Assembly: GCF_002571385.2 (NCBI RefSeq)
Contig: NW_019217983.1
Span: 94,709 to 158,708, forward strand
Direction: 5' to 3'
Origin: Stylophora pistillata
Lineage: Eukaryota
DNA length: 64,000 bases
Both the position numbers and the translations under genes were made by a program. The notes below the pieces were generated by a model that saw nothing but the letters and a program-made list of their open reading frames with translations, was not told the DNA's origin and did not search any database. Position 1 is the stretch's first letter; the number at the start of each line of letters is the position of its first letter. This document shows, one piece after another, positions 59,283-64,000 of the stretch.

Positions 59283-61986
59283 TTGAAAGCCCTGTCTCAT
59301 CTGTCTATTAGCTGGTCATTGTGTGCGTTTCATTTTCTTTCCAGAATTAGGAAACGAAATGCATCATCTAGATTTACATGAGAAAAATTCTCTTAAGCAA
59401 AGCTGCTTTGATATCCCAAACCGACAAGTAAGCAATCCCACACATGGTTCGAAAAATTTCATAGCATTTAATAATTTCCCAGCTGGTTGAAAGACTTGGA
59501 GTGAAGACCTCCTCCGACTAGGAGAGTAATACTGATATCACTACAAATAAAACTTTAAATGTCTACTTGCATCAGAGAGTAAACACTTCTTACTTCGATA
59601 GATTGCTAAATCTCATTTTGGCTTGGCGCTGTATCAAGTGAAAAAATGAAAGTACATTTGCATGTTTGGGAATTCATCCAATGCTTACGTAATATGAAGA
59701 ATTCGAAACAAACAGAGCTTTGTTTATGTCTTGGATTCAAAATGATCGATGAAACATATAAACTACAAGAAATGATCAACAAGTTGAAAATAGCAGGGTG
59801 TCACTGCTTTGACTTTATTTATACCTCAGATAGGAACAGAGAAAAAAAAAACCACTTCACAACAAATCTAAGACACAAAAATCTACCGTGGTGATTTTGG
59901 GGGAAAGAGCTACGCAAATTAACAATCTCAATCAAGTCTAAATTGCAAAGGAAAGTACAACACAGCAAAAATATTTTGAAGAAAAGCATTCTAGAGGCTG
60001 ACCTCAAAGGTAAAAAAAAATGAAAGAGGCTTGAATTTTCATAAATTGAGTTTCGAAAATAATAATTTGTGGTCACACTGATAGCTGTCAATTTACTCTT
60101 AACGTTGGCAAATTTCCCAATTGGCTTTTTCTTAAAATCGCTTCGGATCAGATATTTGTTACCTCAATGGTGTTACTTTCTCGTCCGAGAGCGACCTTCT
60201 TCAAATCATTTAGTTTCCTTCCTCGAACCCAGATCTTTTCGAGTAGCTAAGAGAAGAGTCCTCTTACCCCGGGGGTACGGTTAGGGGAGAGAAGGGGGTG
60301 GGAATGCAGATTTCGTGCCCAGTCTTTAGAGTGTGGAGGACACAGTTTGCCGTTACTTCAGATAAGAAAAAGAGTGCAACAGATTACAATCAAAAGAAAT
60401 ATTTACTGGTATATAAATTCAACACTTTCGTGTCTATAATTTAATCCAAAAATATGTTCAGAATATTTCCTTATACACTAGCTAGTACAAAATGTTAAGG
60501 ATCATTTTCTGTTCCTTCTTTTTCTAAAAGAACTTTTGAAAAAGCGAACCGAAAGTTATGTTACTCGCGCGAACTGATTGACAGTTTAGAAATAAAAGAC
60601 CCGGATTTATGGGAGAAGTGCTTACGCCATGGGAAAAATCTAGTGTGGTTGTTTTGTGGTTTCTACAGGACTTTTCTCAATGGGAATTTGGACATTCTGT
60701 GGAGTTTGGACTGGGAGAAGTTAGGAACCTAAGGAGAAACACTAATCACATCCATATAAATTGCTGATACAACAATCAAGAAATGTCCAGCAAAAAAGTC
60801 TTTATCAAATCCAAAAAAGCGATACTATACACATCCAAAGTGGTACTTCACACATGCAAAACTAACAAAAACAATTCATGAATATTGTTTCAACTGACTC
60901 TCGCTATGTAAGCTGTACGCAAATTTTTGCAGAACACCCACCCAACAAGGAAACTTTCGCACGACAGAGCATCAAGGAGGATTGTTTGGAAAAGTAACCA
61001 GACGGAAAGTCTAATGAAGGAGGAACATCGAAAAACACTTTGAAGAGCATGTCCCGAAACCCTTGGCCACATGGCTAAAAAAACATTTGAAGGTGCTCTC
61101 CTCGATACGTAACGAGTCAATCCCAGCATTCACTTTGCTTTCTTAAAAGTTTCAACGTTTCTTTTCTTTAAAATCCTAAACCTGCCGACGACTCAGTAAA
61201 AGCTAAATGCAGCACAATTCTTTCAATTCAAACTCTTACCTTCCGAGAGCCAACGTAAGTTCTGAAACATCAACGGTTTGAACTAGACATTCAACTGACT
61301 CCGTTGCCGAGTAAAAACCACCTATAAATAAACGAGGATTTTCTCGCAGTGAACTCGACAATTGATTGGTTGAAAATGAAAATAGTGGACTCAGTCGTCT
61401 CACTTCAGTTCTGCCCTCTGATTGGTTTTTCACCGCCAGGGCGGTCACGGTTACGGTAAATGCGCTATGACAACATGATGTGAAGTCTCTGTTAAAAAAT
61501 GCGATGAAAATTGTACAAACATATCCAAAAAAGTCATCGCCCGCGTTTCTTTCCAAAAACCACGGTGAATGAGCCGCCATACAGGGCCCCCTGATCGAAG
61601 GCTCCACAATTTCGAACCATAAAAATTCAAATCATGCTGTCAAAGTGGAACCAGGTAACTACAAAAACATTCATGAGTAAAAAGACACGTAGATGGTGGC
61701 ATACTAGTATCTGAAAACCCCGAATAGTCAACGTTTGATGATAAAGCTTAGAAACGAGCAAGAAGAACTGGGTCTAGTGCCCGACGTCGAGGCTGTCGTT
61801 GTTTTAAAAGGAACCTCAGCCAAATTTCAGGGGACTAACCAATGGGCCACGCGTTATTTTCCAGGCTCAAGAACGCACAAATATGTTTTTCCAGAGAGCA
61901 GTGCATTACGATCAGCCATCTCTGCCGGATAATCCACCATGAACGGAAGTCAAAATCAGTTCACCGCTGAGCAAGAAAGAGCGAGC

Positions 61987-64000
61987 TTACAGAAGTCTCC
62001 CACGGCATTCCGCTGACCCACAATAGCAGTGTAAAACTTTGCCTTTGACACTGTCAACTTCGTAAGCGTAGTCCCAGGTCAGTTCAGTTCCGGCTGCAAC
62101 GTTCCTGTAAGGCGATGAAAAAAGAAATAAGATCATTATTGTGCAACACTGCTTGCGGTTACAGGAAATGAAGTTCCTATAGCACAGCTAACGCAGCAAA
62201 GGTGGATGATGCGGTGTCTTACCCAACATCACTAGCCGGAGTTCAAATCTGGTTTCTCAAACCGTTTTTCAGATCGGCGGTATAACCCAGTCCTCACTCT
62301 TTTACTGTCGCTCCGTTTAACCCTGAACACCTTAACATCAGAAGGTATATTCTCCATACTGTTCTCTATACATTTCCTAAGGTGCTGACAAGGAGAATTT
62401 GTTTGACAATCAAGAGCTTCTTTAGTTGGTGATCATTTCCTTTATTCTCCTGACCTAAATGTGTGAGTCAGGGGTGATATTCAGGAGAAATTAGATGCTG
62501 GTCACTTTTGGGGGTCAAAGGGTCAATTAGCTGAGCGCCTGGGACAGGTCATCAGCGCGCTAACTAATGGTTCACTGCGAATCCCACTCTGCCTTAAACA
62601 CAGTTGAAATTCACGGTTACTTACTGCTGAGTGAAAAATGCCACCCATGGGAAACGAAGATCGTGAGTGTCTACGAACACGTTCTGGACAAACAGGTTTG
62701 GTGAACAACTATGCTGTTGAAACAAAATCAAACCAAGAATTAGTAAACAAGTCTGACGATCAGCTACGTTATGCCAACGAACTGCATCTGGTAAAGCCGG
62801 ATTTTAACTGCCAGGTTTTTCCTTGGCACATCAAATTACAAAGGAAAAATTGTTTGCTTCATTAATCAACAAAGATATATGCGTTATTGACTTTTATCCA
62901 GGAAACTATCAGAAATAGTATTGGCTCTTTAACTGCAATATCTATCCCTCTGAAACTTGTCATATTTTACAATGGACAACCCCACGATAGGCTCGCGATA
63001 ATACATACATTTAAATATCGACCGCAGTTCCCATAACCCTTAGCGTCTATGACGTAGCAATGTTCTTCTCCAAACATCACTCTAGTGCTCAGTCTCTTGC
63101 TGCTAACAGAGGACTGACGTGACAGCGAGGGGCGTGATGGCGAGGGTGTGTTAGGCGAAGCCTTTAGCGAAGGAGGAGTGTTCGTAGTGGGTCTCTGTTG
63201 AGAATGGATCTTTGGATTGTTTGCTAGAAAATAACAGAGATAACAAAATTAATCACAAAATGGAAGACCAGGTATCAGCATCATGAAGCGACTAAGACGG
63301 TCGCTACAGCCCCTGCATGGGATGCTAGTCTATAGCAAGTGGTATAAGCTTTGAACTGTTTTGTAAGTAGTGTAAACCGTTGTTAAACTGTAAATAATGT
63401 GAGTAGTCGTATTGTACTGTAAGTTATGTAAGTGACTGTATTTGTAATTGGTAAGGTCGTGAATAAAATAAATTAAATTAAAAAAAAAAAAAAGTTATAT
63501 TCCCGCCGTGTTTCGCTTGCAGTTCGTCTCATTCGACCCTTAGGAGGGTAGGTACTGAGTGGAAGCACTGGGTGGAGGCACTGCTAACATCAGCACACAC
63601 GCAATTGTACTGCGTCATTATAACTCGGATATTGGCCTTAGCATCCCCATGCGAGTTAACAATCACCTCTTCCAATGAAAAAATTTGCGCGTTACACTTA
63701 CTCTTTAGCTTTTTCGCTGGTTGCTTAGATGCCCCAGTGCTTCTCCTTGAACTTCCGGTAGAAATCTCCGACTTCCGATCTAGCGATTCGGATTTGGATA
63801 AATCTGACCGTAAACTTGACGGTGAAGGAGGAAAGGATTCCATGTTTTCTGTTTCTGGAGAAGAAGGTTCAGATAAGGGTTCTGCCCCAATTCCTACAGC
63901 AGTTTCGAGAAGGGAAGATTTCACTGCCAAACGTTTATCGAGGACTTCTAAGCCCGACCGTTCAAAGTCCACGACGGTTGGTCTGTCTGCGCTACTTACT
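61987..64000 (-). CDS. SETDB1: Histone H3K9 methyltransferase SETDB1, 3' part (split SET insert, SET C-half, post-SET); 5' end outside the window
   Basis: Exons (-): 63702-64000+, 63009-63223 (…[17 protein letters not shown]), 62625-62713 ([27 protein letters not shown]), 61987-62104 ([35 protein letters not shown]). Phases 1, 0 and 2 are compatible. Confidence 0.95.
62321..62522. mobile_element. TTAA-targeting MITE in a SETDB1 intron
   Basis: TTAA|CCCTGAACACC...GGGGTCAAAGGG|TCAA. The core ATTCTCCATACTGTTCTC also occurs at about 40102, with reverse or degenerate copies near 49100 and 50400. Confidence 0.75.
63341..63493 (+). mobile_element. 5'-truncated retroelement 3' tail with poly(A), inserted into an older SINE
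   Basis: TGTAA-rich tail, AATAAA at about 63462, poly(A), and a short AAGT duplication at both ends. SINE sequence continues on both sides. Confidence 0.6.

Noticed and set aside
57650-61900. Short ORFs between HIPK and SETDB1
   Set aside because: No motifs or consistent exon chain. The region is best explained as promoter, repeats and SETDB1 3' UTR.

Overview
AT-rich, intron-rich animal genomic DNA. The repeat families and gene content suggest an anthozoan, probably a stony coral; this is inference. Genes were reconstructed by reading GT-AG splice sites and checking phases. Left to right: an orphan signal-peptide exon (+); a CHST11-like carbohydrate sulfotransferase (+, 3 exons); a GPI-anchored Ly6/uPAR three-finger protein (+, 3 exons); a large KIAA1549/UPF0606-like single-pass mucin-like membrane protein (-, about 18 exons) whose giant exon carries an IS3EU-like transposon insertion and an in-frame TAG; an intronless NLR (+); three exons of a secreted or surface 2xIg protein with no visible 3' end (-); HIPK (-, 13 coding exons); and the 3' end of SETDB1 (-), which the ORF track largely misses. 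The most striking feature is the NLR. Its N-terminal effector is a four-TM domain with connexin signature motifs, and it keeps exactly one connexin disulfide pair, which suggests an NLR that assembles a connexin-like membrane pore. The HIPK to KIAA1549-like order and orientation mirror human HIPK3-KIAA1549L. There are many MITEs, SINEs and Penelope-type hammerhead relics, plus assembly artefacts around the N-gaps.
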